Source: a virus (lineage: Duplodnaviria > Caudoviricetes). From it: a stretch of 64,000 bases of DNA. Where the stretch lies: IMG/VR virus record IMGVR_UViG_3300032281_000616, positions 32,001 to 96,000 of that record, one strand, 5' to 3'. Both the position numbers and the translations under genes were made by a program. Shown one piece after another: positions 48,939-59,209 of the stretch (within the stretch, counting starts at the first letter, position 1; every line of letters starts with the position of its first letter). Under the pieces are notes generated by a model. The model was given only the letters and a program-made list of their open reading frames with translations. It was not told the origin of the DNA and made no database searches.

Positions 48939-49489
48939 AAAAGGATATTAGAAAATACACACAGAGAGAACTTTTAGCTGAAGGATTTTGGAGCAACCTA
49001 GCACAAAAATCTGTCCAAGGTGTTAAAAATACCGCTAGTTTAGCAGGTAGAACTGCAAAAGGGGCATTAGCAATTGGAAAATTTGCCTCTGAAAAAATGG
49101 CTCCTGAATTATATAATCCGATTAAAGGTGTAGTGGATTCTATCAAAGATTTAAATAAACGATTGATTAAAGCAACTACTCCTGAAGCTACATATATTGA
49201 AAACAAATTAAAGAATCAAGGATATTCTTTAGTGGATAATAACGTGTATAAAGTAAAAATGCAACCGGGAGATGAGAAACAATTATATAAAGTTTTGGTC
49301 AAAATTCGACCAGAATTTATTTCAGTTGGAGAATCAAATCCTCAAAAAATATTCTTAGTTGATAAAGATGGAAATATTGTTCGAGATTTGAGCGCAAAAG
49401 ACGCAGTAACAGGTGGCAGGAAACCCAAAAAGAAGAAAAGAAAAAGGGTTTTGTCTACTTCGGCAAATAATCCACAATCAACTCCTTGA
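48935..49489 (+). CDS. Putative internal head protein
   Basis: Leader ends LLAE-GFW; Ala/Gly/Lys helical segment. Confidence 0.55.
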   Translation: MKKDIRKYTQRELLAEGFWSNLAQKSVQGVKNTASLAGRTAKGALAIGKFASEKMAPELYNPIKGVVDSIKDLNKRLIKATTPEATYIENKLKNQGYSLVDNNVYKVKMQPGDEKQLYKVLVKIRPEFISVGESNPQKIFLVDKDGNIVRDLSAKDAVTGGRKPKKKKRKRVLSTSANNPQSTP

Positions 49490-49519
49490 CATATTGATAT
49501 CATATGCTTTAATATTGTT

Positions 49520-49783
49520 GTGAATATAGAAATTCAAGCAATAGAAGATGATAATTTCAAGATCCAAGTTAAGAAATTTGGAGAACAGTTTATGGCTACT
49601 ACAGGAGAAACCGTAGCCATTGCACCAACACCAGAAGAAGCTATTCAAAAGGTCGAGGAACAATCAACTCCACAGCCTATTAAACCAATCCCACAAGGAC
49701 CAAGAGGAGCACCTATCAATAATAAAGTTTATAGTGGAACTGGATGGTTTGAGGGAACACCGTGGTCAACTAACAATCGATAA
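49520..49783 (+). CDS. Hypothetical early protein
   Basis: GTG start just after TTGACA..TAATAT (49486-49515). Confidence 0.5.
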   Translation: MNIEIQAIEDDNFKIQVKKFGEQFMATTGETVAIAPTPEEAIQKVEEQSTPQPIKPIPQGPRGAPINNKVYSGTGWFEGTPWSTNNR

Positions 49784-49784
49784 T

Positions 49785-50591
49785 ATGGTTAAATCAATTA
49801 AAATTTTAAATGGATTTCTAACACAAATGCCGGGATTTTATCCGGGCATTAAGTTTGATTTTGAAGCAGATAAAGTGAATGTTTTACTAGCTCCGAATGG
49901 ATTTGGTAAGTCATGTATTCTGAAGATGATCAAGTCTTATTGTGGAATTGAAAAGGGTGGATGGTCTAAAATTAGCTCAGAATTAGCTCTAGGAGCACAA
50001 TGTAAAGAACATTTTCCTTGGGTTTATAGAGCCTATTGTCCAGCCTCAACTGATTGTGTCGTAGAATGGGATGGAATTGCATCATTTTATAATGATGGAG
50101 ATATTAAAATCGATGAATGGGCTTGGTTCTCTAATAACATCTCTCTTTCAGAAGATGGAATGACCACTGAGCAAGAACAATTTCAATATCTGATGGATAA
50201 GCCTTCTTCTGGACAATATCGGATGATTAAGTTGAATAAACTTCTAAATATGGCTAAGAATCCACCAGATTTGACCCAATATGTTTCCGCGCATCCTACA
50301 CAAAGAGCGGAGTCCGATTACATAAGATCTCTACCCAGAGATGGAAAACCTACGTTGATTTTGGATGAGCCTGAGAGAGCTTTGTCTCTTCCAAAACAAG
50401 TAGAATTATATAAGCTTTTAGCTGACCTAACAAAGGAGTATCAGATTATAATTGCAACACACTCACCATTTGTTTTATTTCAAGATAATATGAAAATTTT
50501 TGATTTACAGAAAGGTTTCTCTGAAGAATGTATACAAATTTTCAAAGAATGTGTTCAAAACCATATAAATAAAGAAAATGAATCACTATAA
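49785..50591 (+). CDS. Stand-alone ABC-type (AAA_21-like) ATPase (start reassigned from 49620)
   Basis: APNGFGKS, PSSGQ signature-like, ILDEPE, IIATHS. Confidence 0.8.
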   Translation: MVKSIKILNGFLTQMPGFYPGIKFDFEADKVNVLLAPNGFGKSCILKMIKSYCGIEKGGWSKISSELALGAQCKEHFPWVYRAYCPASTDCVVEWDGIASFYNDGDIKIDEWAWFSNNISLSEDGMTTEQEQFQYLMDKPSSGQYRMIKLNKLLNMAKNPPDLTQYVSAHPTQRAESDYIRSLPRDGKPTLILDEPERALSLPKQVELYKLLADLTKEYQIIIATHSPFVLFQDNMKIFDLQKGFSEECIQIFKECVQNHINKENESL

Positions 50592-50811
50592 AGAACCTGA
50601 TCAGGTAAACATGGTTGGAGGTAGACCAGTTTTAAATAGCAGCGAATGTAACGTATCTTTGGGATTTCTTGAAGGAATTTTGAACACCAGAGACGGGAAA
50701 GCGTTGGCTGAACTATATGAAAATCACGTAAAGAGTCATGGATTGATTAATCTAGAAGAATCTACAACCGATGTTAATGGAATGAGTTTAACATGTAAAC
50801 GTTGGTTATAA
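50578..50811 (+). CDS. Hypothetical protein
   Basis: 77 aa ORF ending before the terminator. Confidence 0.5.
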   Translation: MNHYKEPDQVNMVGGRPVLNSSECNVSLGFLEGILNTRDGKALAELYENHVKSHGLINLEESTTDVNGMSLTCKRWL

Positions 50812-50867
50812 TCTGTGTAAAAACGATAAGCTCACAACAGCACAGTTTATAAAAAAACTTCTTGCAT

Positions 50868-50902
50868 AAAAAACCCTCTCAAATTACTGAGAGGGTTTTT
50901 TT
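50868..50902. terminator. Bidirectional intrinsic terminator
   Basis: AAAAAACCCTCTC-aaattact-GAGAGGGTTTTTT between convergent genes. Confidence 0.85.
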
Positions 50903-50910
50903 ATTTGATG

Positions 50911-51651
50911 CTACACCGAGAGAACTTGAGTTATATGTTTGAGTATAGCAGATCTCGAAATATCGTGTATGTCAAACTTCATACAATGAATATGATTCTT
51001 TCTTGAAAATTCAGTATCGAATAATTCGAAGACTTTAGTAAACCCTGAGTCTTTAATATCACTTTGTTTGGCGTCTCCACAAATGATATATTTCGATCCT
51101 CTACCAAAACGAGTCATAATGGTTGTTAATTCGCTTCTAGTAGCGTTCTGAGCTTCATCGATGATGACCACAGCATTATTGAATGTAAGACCCCTGACGA
51201 AGTTTACAGGCATAGCTTTGACATACTCTTGTTCAAGTAATGCACTGACAGTTGGTTTGTCAGTGATTTCTGAGATTTTTTCAATTAAAGGTAGCGTGTA
51301 AGCTGCGAATTTTTCGTTCTCGTCACCTTTAAGATATCCCAAAGATTTTGATGCACTCTCAACAACAGTTCTTATATAAATGATTTTATCTACTTTTCTA
51401 TCCCTAAGCATTTCCATTGCAGAATAAACAGAGATGTAGCTCTTCATTGAACCAGCGGGTCCATCCAAGAAAACCATATTAGTTTTATCATTTTGTGTCA
51501 GGTAATAAAAAGCAGTGTGATTATCTGTGAATGGGAATGGTTTTTTGATTACTATATTAGAACAGTCGAAATTCTTTTTGTATTGTTTAGTGAATTCTTC
51601 TGTAACATCAACCGACTCTTTCCTCTTGCGAGGTGCTTTTTTAGGTGTCAT
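50911..51651 (-). CDS. phoH: PhoH-family ATPase
   Basis: GPAGSMKS, RTVVE, LGYLKGD, FVRGLTF, IDEAQN, GDAKQSD. Confidence 0.93.
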   Translation of the reverse strand: MTPKKAPRKRKESVDVTEEFTKQYKKNFDCSNIVIKKPFPFTDNHTAFYYLTQNDKTNMVFLDGPAGSMKSYISVYSAMEMLRDRKVDKIIYIRTVVESASKSLGYLKGDENEKFAAYTLPLIEKISEITDKPTVSALLEQEYVKAMPVNFVRGLTFNNAVVIIDEAQNATRSELTTIMTRFGRGSKYIICGDAKQSDIKDSGFTKVFELFDTEFSRKNHIHCMKFDIHDISRSAILKHITQVLSV

Positions 51652-51717
51652 CCTCCATTATTTAATACATATTTTATAAAATCAAGTGATTGACTTTTTA
51701 GTTAAATATGGTAAATT

Positions 51718-52455
51718 ATGGATATGAGAATTGCCATGGTTGGTGCAGCAAACACCGGGAAGTCAACATTAGTCAAATTATTTCGTGATAAATGGCCCAT
51801 GTTCGTGAGTCCAACAAAAACATATAGAGATGTGATCACTGAATCTAATTTATCACATTCTTCTAATACATCTGAAGAAACTCAATTATTGATTTTGGAT
51901 TGGATGATGAAGGAGCAAGAAAAATATGGAGAGAAATCTAAAGTCATTTACGATCGTTGCCCTCTTGATAATCTAGTATATACACTATACGCAAATAGTA
52001 AAAATTTGATATCTGATGAGGTGTGCGCGGCTTCAATCTCTCTAGTTAGAGAATCCTTGAAAAATTTAGATATCATTTTCATGCTACGTTATGATCCAGA
52101 AATCAAAATCGTAGATGATGGAATGCGTGATACCGATCTACAATTTATTAAAGATACTGATCAAATTTTCGGTGATTTATATCATCAATATTGTGAGAAT
52201 TTGGAATCTGATATTTTCTTCCCGAAAGAAGATTGCCCAGCCATTATTCAAGTAGATGGTAAGAGTGTAGATGATAGAATTTGGTTTATTGGAGAATTTA
52301 TTGACTATAAAGGAGATCTAATCGAGACTACTAATAGTATCTTAGATCCAAGTAATGTTGATCTTCTTGAACAGATGTTGGGTGAACAACAAGCTGAGAT
52401 GGGTAAAGATGCTCAGATCAAATCCTTAATGAATCAAATCAAAACACAAAGATAA
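51718..52455 (+). CDS. P-loop nucleoside/nucleotide kinase-like protein (AAA_28 type)
   Basis: GAANTGKST, IYDRCPLDNLVY, DDGMR. Confidence 0.75.
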   Translation: MDMRIAMVGAANTGKSTLVKLFRDKWPMFVSPTKTYRDVITESNLSHSSNTSEETQLLILDWMMKEQEKYGEKSKVIYDRCPLDNLVYTLYANSKNLISDEVCAASISLVRESLKNLDIIFMLRYDPEIKIVDDGMRDTDLQFIKDTDQIFGDLYHQYCENLESDIFFPKEDCPAIIQVDGKSVDDRIWFIGEFIDYKGDLIETTNSILDPSNVDLLEQMLGEQQAEMGKDAQIKSLMNQIKTQR

Positions 52456-52456
52456 T

Positions 52457-53284
52457 ATGTTGAGTGGATGTGATATGTCAAAGGTTGAAAAGATCGGAAT
52501 AGGAATCCTGACATGTAACAGGAAATCTATGCTTAATAAATTATTAGATTCTATCAAGTATAGAAATGATTGTGAGTTTATCATTATAAATGATGGAGAT
52601 GATTTGGAAGTAGAGGGATACAATTTCTACGTTAGAAATAATATGGAAAATTTAGGGGTCGCAAAATCCAAAAATTTAGCATTGAAACATTTATTGAATA
52701 AAGATTGTGATCACATCTTCTTAATTGAAGATGATATGCTGATTAAAAATGATCAAATTTTTGAAGCATACATCAAAGCATCCAAAGCTACAGGAATTCA
52801 ACATATGATGTTTGGGTACCATGGTCCAGCCAATAAAAATGGAATCTCGAAAGGAGAACCACATCCAAGATTAGTTGTGAAATACTCCGATAACGTTTCC
52901 ATTGCTCTGAATCAACATTGTGTCGGAGCGTTTTGTTATTACACGCGAAAATCTTTAGAAGATGTAGGGTTGATTGATGAGAATTTTAAAAATGCTTTTG
53001 ATCATGTTTCGCATAGTTATGAATTAGCTTTGAAAGGTTATTCAACACCTTATTGGTGGTGGGCTGATCTGGCCAATTCGTGTGATTATATTGAAGAACA
53101 AGCATGTTCTGAAGAATCATCCACGATTAAGACGAAAGAAAAGATGGAAGAGTGGAGAACTAATATGTATAAATCGTATGATTATTTTAAATCAAAATTT
53201 GGGGTCACACCTTTTGGATATGATGGGGTTCCTGATCAAACTGAAGATAACGTTTTAAAATTTTTAAAGACAATTAAACCATGA
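52457..53284 (+). CDS. Glycosyltransferase family 2
   Basis: IGILTCNR, IINDG, LGVAKSKN, LIEDD, LIDENF. Confidence 0.85.
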   Translation: MLSGCDMSKVEKIGIGILTCNRKSMLNKLLDSIKYRNDCEFIIINDGDDLEVEGYNFYVRNNMENLGVAKSKNLALKHLLNKDCDHIFLIEDDMLIKNDQIFEAYIKASKATGIQHMMFGYHGPANKNGISKGEPHPRLVVKYSDNVSIALNQHCVGAFCYYTRKSLEDVGLIDENFKNAFDHVSHSYELALKGYSTPYWWWADLANSCDYIEEQACSEESSTIKTKEKMEEWRTNMYKSYDYFKSKFGVTPFGYDGVPDQTEDNVLKFLKTIKP

Positions 53285-53964
53285 TGATTGATGCTATAAT
53301 ATTAAGTAATACTTTCGATTTGTCTCATTACGGCTTGACGAGTCGGACAATAAATAGTCTCAGGGTATCAGATCATTGTAATGATGTAGACATAATTGTA
53401 GTAGAATCTCAATCAATATTAGATTTTCAGACAAATGGGTTTTTATATCCCGGATGTAAAATCATCCACCCAAAAGATTCTTTTGGGTATAATAGATTCC
53501 TAAATATAGGGATCGATCAAACTGATCCTGATTCTGAATGGATTCTTATTTGTAATAATGACTTATTCTTTACCAAAGATTGGTTATCTGAAGCGAAGAA
53601 AATCATTGAAAAATATCCCAACATTAGATCATTTTCTCCTAGATGTCCCAATTGGCATTTGCATCAAAATCCTAGTGGTGATATTGTAGAAGGATATACA
53701 GTCTCGAAGGAAATTTGTGGGTGGTGTATTTTATTACATAGAGATATTATTGGTGAATGTGGGTTGTTTGACGAACAATTTGATTTTTGGTATCAAGATA
53801 ATGATTACGCAATGACACTAGAATCTTTTAATATTAAGCACGCTTTGATGAATAATAGCAAGGTTTATCATATGGTAAGTGGATCACATGATTTACTGAA
53901 TGATAGATATCAAGAATTAACACATAATCAACAACAAAAATTTTTGAATAAATGGATAAAGTAA
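53281..53964 (+). CDS. Glycosyltransferase family 2
   Basis: GYNRFLN, ICNNDL, GLFDEQF, YQDND. Confidence 0.85.
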   Translation: MMIDAIILSNTFDLSHYGLTSRTINSLRVSDHCNDVDIIVVESQSILDFQTNGFLYPGCKIIHPKDSFGYNRFLNIGIDQTDPDSEWILICNNDLFFTKDWLSEAKKIIEKYPNIRSFSPRCPNWHLHQNPSGDIVEGYTVSKEICGWCILLHRDIIGECGLFDEQFDFWYQDNDYAMTLESFNIKHALMNNSKVYHMVSGSHDLLNDRYQELTHNQQQKFLNKWIK

Positions 53965-54719
53965 TTTGTAATATTAGAGGAGTTGAATATAACTTTGAGA
54001 AAGAGTCAAACAAAAACATTGCATGTTTTAATTGGTTCATTGAAAGATTTGTATCAGAATCATGGGAACCTGAAACATTTGAATTTTTTGAAAATGTACA
54101 GGATTCAAAAAAAAATGCAATTGACATGGGTGCTTGGATCGGAGCGACCTCTATTTGGTTATCTAAAAAATTTAAAAATGTGTTATCTATAGATGCTGAT
54201 CCAGTGGCATATGATACTTTACTAAAAAATTTAAAATCATCGAATTGTGAAAATGTTATTCCTTTAAATCGTCCAGTGTATTCATCAGAATCAGATATTA
54301 TTTTTGGAGTCAATCAATTTAATGAAAATTTCCAAAAAGAAGGACTTGGTTCTTCGACTAGTCAAATAAAAAACGAATCGTTATTTGTCACCGACAGAGA
54401 GGTGAAGGGTATTCCAATGCAAAAAATAGATGATATGTTCCCATTTTCGGATGTATCGTTTGTCAAAGTTGATATTGAAGGTGGAGAAGAAAATATCTTA
54501 AATTCTCTATTTGAGTATGGAAAAAAATATAATCTTGAATTGTTAATATCTTTCCACTACGAATGGTGGGTCGATAAAAATATTCAAAGATTTTCGAATA
54601 TATTTAATGATATGAAAGATGTGAGATTTGATAGATGGATCAATAAAATTGATGATCATTCTGAAATAATACCACACATACTTTCGAACCCATTCACAAC
54701 CATTTACTTCAAATTTTAA
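53952..54719 (+). CDS. FkbM-family methyltransferase
   Basis: IDMGAWIG, VKVDIEGGE. Confidence 0.88.
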   Translation: MDKVICNIRGVEYNFEKESNKNIACFNWFIERFVSESWEPETFEFFENVQDSKKNAIDMGAWIGATSIWLSKKFKNVLSIDADPVAYDTLLKNLKSSNCENVIPLNRPVYSSESDIIFGVNQFNENFQKEGLGSSTSQIKNESLFVTDREVKGIPMQKIDDMFPFSDVSFVKVDIEGGEENILNSLFEYGKKYNLELLISFHYEWWVDKNIQRFSNIFNDMKDVRFDRWINKIDDHSEIIPHILSNPFTTIYFKF

Positions 54720-54721
54720 TT

Positions 54722-55357
54722 ATGGATAATTTAGGATCTTGTATAAGAAATCATAAGATTGTTAATAAGTTTAACATTGTTATACCAACTTACAATTGTA
54801 ATACTATGTTGGATGTCATTATAAACTGCTTTTTATCTCAGACTTCTAATAATTGGAATATCACGATAGTATCCGATGGGTTTGATTCAAATTTATATAA
54901 ATTTGTCGATAGATACGAACACGATAACATCTCCTTTCACACTTTAAAAAAACGATATAATGATTGGGGACATACTCCGAGGGAATATGGAATATATCAA
55001 AGCGATTGCGAATACACTATAATGACCGGATTCGATAATTATTACGTCCCAACGTTTATTGAAGAATTTGACAAAGCAACAAAAATTTTTGAAAATGTTG
55101 ATATGGTATTTTGTGATTTTGTTCTAAATCATTTACGAGATAACATACCATACAATGGTTATATTGAATCTAAATTAGAAGTTAATTTTATCGACATTGG
55201 CAATTTTGCGACAAAGACATCTTTATTAAAAAATGTCGGGTTTAAATGGCGAAACTTCGCAGCAGATTGGTCGTTGGTCGAAGAGTTGAAGAGGAAAATA
55301 CCCGAGAGAAATAGTAAAATAGTTAAAATACCTCAAACTTTATACATACACAATTAA
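54722..55357 (+). CDS. Glycosyltransferase family 2
   Basis: IVIPTYN, VSDG, WGHTPR, TGFDN, IDIG, ADW. Confidence 0.85.
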   Translation: MDNLGSCIRNHKIVNKFNIVIPTYNCNTMLDVIINCFLSQTSNNWNITIVSDGFDSNLYKFVDRYEHDNISFHTLKKRYNDWGHTPREYGIYQSDCEYTIMTGFDNYYVPTFIEEFDKATKIFENVDMVFCDFVLNHLRDNIPYNGYIESKLEVNFIDIGNFATKTSLLKNVGFKWRNFAADWSLVEELKRKIPERNSKIVKIPQTLYIHN

Positions 55358-55361
55358 TATT

Positions 55362-56087
55362 ATGAATATTGAATTATACACTATAACTTACAATGAGGAA
55401 AAAATTCTACCTTTTTTTCTCGATCATTATTCAAATTTTTGTGATATTATCAATGTTTACGATAACATGTCAACAGATAAAACATTAGAAATATTGAATA
55501 ATTTCGATAGATGTAAAATTAATATCATACCATATGACACTAACTCCAAACTAGACGATTCTGTATATTTAGATATTAAAAATAATTGTTGGAAAAACTC
55601 ATCAGCCGATTATACTATAATAGTTGATGCCGACGAATTTTTATATCATCCTAATATTATAGATTTTTTAAAAAATACCGATGAATATCTCTATAGGCCA
55701 TTGGGATATGATATGTGGTCAGAAAAATTTCCACAGAAAGATATATTAAATGAAATCAATATGGGGATTCGCTCAATCAACTACGATAAAATATGTATTT
55801 TTAATCCTAATGAAATAAAACAAATTAACTACTCATTGGGTTGTCATCAAGCGAATCCTATTTTAAATTATGGTGGGGGGGTTGATATAACGATATATGA
55901 TGATTTAAAATTACTACACTATAAAAATATATCATTTGATTATAGATACAACAAGCATCAGGAATATCTAAAAAGATTGAGTAAATTCAATATTGACACT
56001 GGTTCTGGGATACATTACACCTTTTCTGAGAAACAACAGTATGAAGAATTTGAAAATATATCTAAAAAAATAAAAAAAATTATATGA
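55362..56087 (+). CDS. Glycosyltransferase family 2-like (GT92-related)
   Basis: YNEEKIL, YDNMSTD, IVDADEF, LLHYK. Confidence 0.8.
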   Translation: MNIELYTITYNEEKILPFFLDHYSNFCDIINVYDNMSTDKTLEILNNFDRCKINIIPYDTNSKLDDSVYLDIKNNCWKNSSADYTIIVDADEFLYHPNIIDFLKNTDEYLYRPLGYDMWSEKFPQKDILNEINMGIRSINYDKICIFNPNEIKQINYSLGCHQANPILNYGGGVDITIYDDLKLLHYKNISFDYRYNKHQEYLKRLSKFNIDTGSGIHYTFSEKQQYEEFENISKKIKKII

Positions 56088-56719
56088 AACCTATATCAGT
56101 AACACTAACCACTTGTGGCCGTTTAGATTTATTAAAATCCACCATAGATTCTTTTCTTGATACTAATTCATATGCTATTGATGATTTTACGATTATTTGC
56201 GATGATCCAGAGTCGAATAATTCAGTATTTAGAGAGTATGGTAAAGATTTTGAAGTGATTTGCAACTCAAAAAATATAGGACAAAAAAAATCTTTAGATA
56301 TTTTATTCTCCAATGCTAAAAATGAATATATTTTTCATTTGGAAGATGATTGGTATTTCGATAATAAAAGCCCGTATATTTTAAATTCTATCAAAATATT
56401 AGAAAACAATCCAGATATACACCAAGTTTGGTTGCGTCATGAACACGATAACCCACACAAAACAATTGGTGAAAATGAGATATTAGAAGATTTCTCTTAT
56501 AGATACGTCGATCCAAATTTTAGAGATTGCTGGTGTGGATATTCTTGGAATCCGGGATTGCGTCGAAAAAGTGATTATTTGAAAATGTTTCCAAGCGGAA
56601 TAAAGAAACATGTTGATGAATTGGAGTGTTCCTTATATGTTAAAAATTTTAATTATAAAGCTGTGTTGTTGAATCCCACAGTTTGTTACCATATTGGATA
56701 TAATAGAAGCACACAATGA
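56084..56719 (+). CDS. Glycosyltransferase family 2
   Basis: LTTCGRLDLL, IGQKKS, HLEDDW, SWNPGL, CYHIG. Confidence 0.82.
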   Translation: MKPISVTLTTCGRLDLLKSTIDSFLDTNSYAIDDFTIICDDPESNNSVFREYGKDFEVICNSKNIGQKKSLDILFSNAKNEYIFHLEDDWYFDNKSPYILNSIKILENNPDIHQVWLRHEHDNPHKTIGENEILEDFSYRYVDPNFRDCWCGYSWNPGLRRKSDYLKMFPSGIKKHVDELECSLYVKNFNYKAVLLNPTVCYHIGYNRSTQ

Positions 56720-57390
56720 AAAATAAAATAATAATAGGTGAAACGTGTCTTTTAGATAAACAGTTGAGAAGATGTGGTATAATAAATGGACCACACGGAT
56801 TATTCGATAACGTATTGATTAATTTGGATGGTGTGAAATATATAATAGAAAATGATTTCAGTTATATTTTAGATCGGAATTTTTTAATAAACGAATCGTA
56901 TAATTATTATCCTAAACATAATATAATTTATAGTAAATGGATTAACAAAAAGTATTCAATAGATCGAGATAATATATATTCTTGGAATGTTATGTCATTT
57001 TTTCATTTAGATAATATAAATAATTTAGATAGTTTGTGTAGAAAATTGAACAGAACCAAATCTTGGTTAGAAGATTCTAATGATGTTGTGATGTTCTACT
57101 ATTATAGAAGATCCGATAAATATAATACACAGAAACATGAAAACAAAATAATAAATTTTTCTAATTTTATAAATAAAAAATACAATAAAACAATCAAAAT
57201 AGTTAATTTTAATAATTTGATAGGTGAATCACATTATGATATTAAAATGTTTGAAGAATTGATATTATCGATTGATATATATTCTAAAAATTGTTGGACT
57301 GATATAGATGATAATTGGGATGCACATACTGATAATTTTTTATTTGATAAAATATTCAATTGTCAAAAATTTCTAGAATTTGTAAAATGA
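56716..57390 (+). CDS. Hypothetical protein in the glycosylation island
   Basis: 224 aa, very Asn/Ile-rich. Confidence 0.5.
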   Translation: MKNKIIIGETCLLDKQLRRCGIINGPHGLFDNVLINLDGVKYIIENDFSYILDRNFLINESYNYYPKHNIIYSKWINKKYSIDRDNIYSWNVMSFFHLDNINNLDSLCRKLNRTKSWLEDSNDVVMFYYYRRSDKYNTQKHENKIINFSNFINKKYNKTIKIVNFNNLIGESHYDIKMFEELILSIDIYSKNCWTDIDDNWDAHTDNFLFDKIFNCQKFLEFVK

Positions 57391-58160
57391 AAGCATTGGT
57401 AATATGTCCAACCATAGGTAGGGTTCCTTACCTAAACAGAATGCTATCATCTTTCACGAATCAAACTTACGATGATAAACATTTGGTCGTAGTTAATGAT
57501 GACAAACATATTCAAATCTGTTGTGATAGATCGGATGTTACAGTCATAAATTGTAACAAGAGGATGACGATATCCGATAAAAGAAATATAGCAATCTTAG
57601 CCAAAGATGCTGATATAATATTTCCTTTAGATGATGATGATATATTTACTCCAGATAGAATATCTAATCATATGAATCAGTATGATAAAGAAGATATTAA
57701 CGGATATAGAAATTTAGAATCTTATATAATTTACGGTGATGTTTTTAAAAAATCGAATTCTTGTCCACACAACGCGATGTCTTTTAAGAAGAGTGAGTGG
57801 TTCCGGGTTGGTGGTTACAAAAATGATATCAGAATATATCAAGATATTGAATTACATGATAGTATCACTAAGTTGAAGGTTGAAAGAGATTCAAAAAATA
57901 AAGATTTTATATATCATTTCGGTGGAGTTAATTATCATTCATGTTGTTTTACACCGGATGAACACGAGGCTAAAACAGGAGAAATTGCTTATAAACAGTT
58001 GGAAAAAATGAATTTACTTTATAGAAAATATTCGATCATCCCAGATGACGAAGAATATGATAAATGTATGAAATTGAAGAAAATGTTTGACTTTGGGGAA
58101 GAAGAGATTACAATAAAGCATATTTCCGATGGAAAAATAGATATATCACATTTATTATAA
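57360..58160 (+). CDS. Glycosyltransferase family 2
   Basis: ICPTIGR, VVNDD, ISDKRN, LDDDD. Confidence 0.85.
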   Translation: MSKISRICKMKALVICPTIGRVPYLNRMLSSFTNQTYDDKHLVVVNDDKHIQICCDRSDVTVINCNKRMTISDKRNIAILAKDADIIFPLDDDDIFTPDRISNHMNQYDKEDINGYRNLESYIIYGDVFKKSNSCPHNAMSFKKSEWFRVGGYKNDIRIYQDIELHDSITKLKVERDSKNKDFIYHFGGVNYHSCCFTPDEHEAKTGEIAYKQLEKMNLLYRKYSIIPDDEEYDKCMKLKKMFDFGEEEITIKHISDGKIDISHLL

Positions 58161-58161
58161 T

Positions 58162-58506
58162 ATGTTCGACGCTGTAAATTATCTACTACACGAAAAGAAT
58201 AAAACCGAATTGGATGCTGATCTGATTCAGGAATTTAATCCACATATAACTACGAAAACCTTTTCATTCTACGATTCTGGTAAGTATTGTGATTATATTA
58301 ATGATACTTTGAATGTATACTCCAATCTATTCAAGGAAAAGGACGAACAATTCAAATTCTTCGATTCTATCATTCCAAAATTGAAGAGGAGAAAATCAGA
58401 ATATATCAAGAGAAAATATAAGGAAGAAGAAAAGTCAGAAATTCAGCATATACCAGAATTCATGTCTAAGAGAGAATTGGAATATTATGAACAAGGAAGA
58501 AATTAA
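58162..58506 (+). CDS. gp62: Clamp loader small subunit, T4 gp62-like
   Basis: FNPHI..FSF, LN, QFKFFDSIIPK.KRRKSEYIK pattern. Confidence 0.6.
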   Translation: MFDAVNYLLHEKNKTELDADLIQEFNPHITTKTFSFYDSGKYCDYINDTLNVYSNLFKEKDEQFKFFDSIIPKLKRRKSEYIKRKYKEEEKSEIQHIPEFMSKRELEYYEQGRN

Positions 58507-58771
58507 AGCTAAGAGAATCGAATTGAGGACACTAGAATCGGAGGAAAGATCTAAAATATTGCACCCTCATATTGAAAAATATCACACATTAGAGAAAAAA
58601 TTACAAGATGAATGTGAGGAAAGTGGTCACTATTTTCAAATATGTTACTATAATTGGGGGAGTTTTGATGATAGGAAATACACACATGAATCAATGTTGT
58701 GTAAATATTGTCATAAACGCATTTTCGTTCCACACGACGAAGTTGACAATGTGAAAAGACAAAATAAATAA
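58487..58771 (+). CDS. Hypothetical Zn-binding protein
   Basis: CEESGH..CKYC. Confidence 0.5.
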   Translation: MNKEEIKAKRIELRTLESEERSKILHPHIEKYHTLEKKLQDECEESGHYFQICYYNWGSFDDRKYTHESMLCKYCHKRIFVPHDEVDNVKRQNK

Positions 58772-58777
58772 AGTCCT

Positions 58778-59209
58778 ATGCAAAGAGCAATTCACATCGA
58801 ACGAGATCCAATTTCAATTGACCACGCACCTGTTCAAAAATCACATATTGATCTCTCTGATCGATCTTTACCGAGTGATTTTGGATTAGATGATTACATC
58901 TTCTCTCAACTTCTCGATGATATTATTTTAGTTGAATATGCTGATATTGTTATGGACGAAGCTGCTGGTGATTACATTCTAAGAAAGGGTATTGCCATTC
59001 CAGTCAATCAAATTCACAATGCTTGGAGAAAGGGTAAGGTTGTTTTGACTGGTCCTCAAGTTCGTTGGGTTAATGTTGGTGACATTGTAGTTTTCCCGAA
59101 CAATATGGGAATCCCAATTACTAATCTAGAAGTAGAGGGTCATGGGACTATGAAGAACGGTCTATTCCTTAATGAGCAAAGATTGTTTGGTATTTGTAAA
59201 GCTAAGTGA
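58778..59209 (+). CDS. groES: GroES-like co-chaperonin
   Basis: DDIILVE..GIAIP..GKVVLTGP..VGDIVVF; TAAATA 58765-58770. Confidence 0.8.
   Translation: MQRAIHIERDPISIDHAPVQKSHIDLSDRSLPSDFGLDDYIFSQLLDDIILVEYADIVMDEAAGDYILRKGIAIPVNQIHNAWRKGKVVLTGPQVRWVNVGDIVVFPNNMGIPITNLEVEGHGTMKNGLFLNEQRLFGICKAK

Noticed and set aside
49620-49784. N-terminal extension of the ABC ATPase in the ORF track
   Set aside because: It overlaps ORF 49520..49783 in another frame; ATG 49785 follows that gene's stop and gives a typical ATPase start.
28401-59209. Bacterial chromosome origin suggested by recA-, phoH-, groES- and dam-like genes
   Set aside because: They are embedded among gp41/43/45/46/47/55/32/15/20 homologues with T4-type late motifs; no ribosomal or other cellular housekeeping operons are present.
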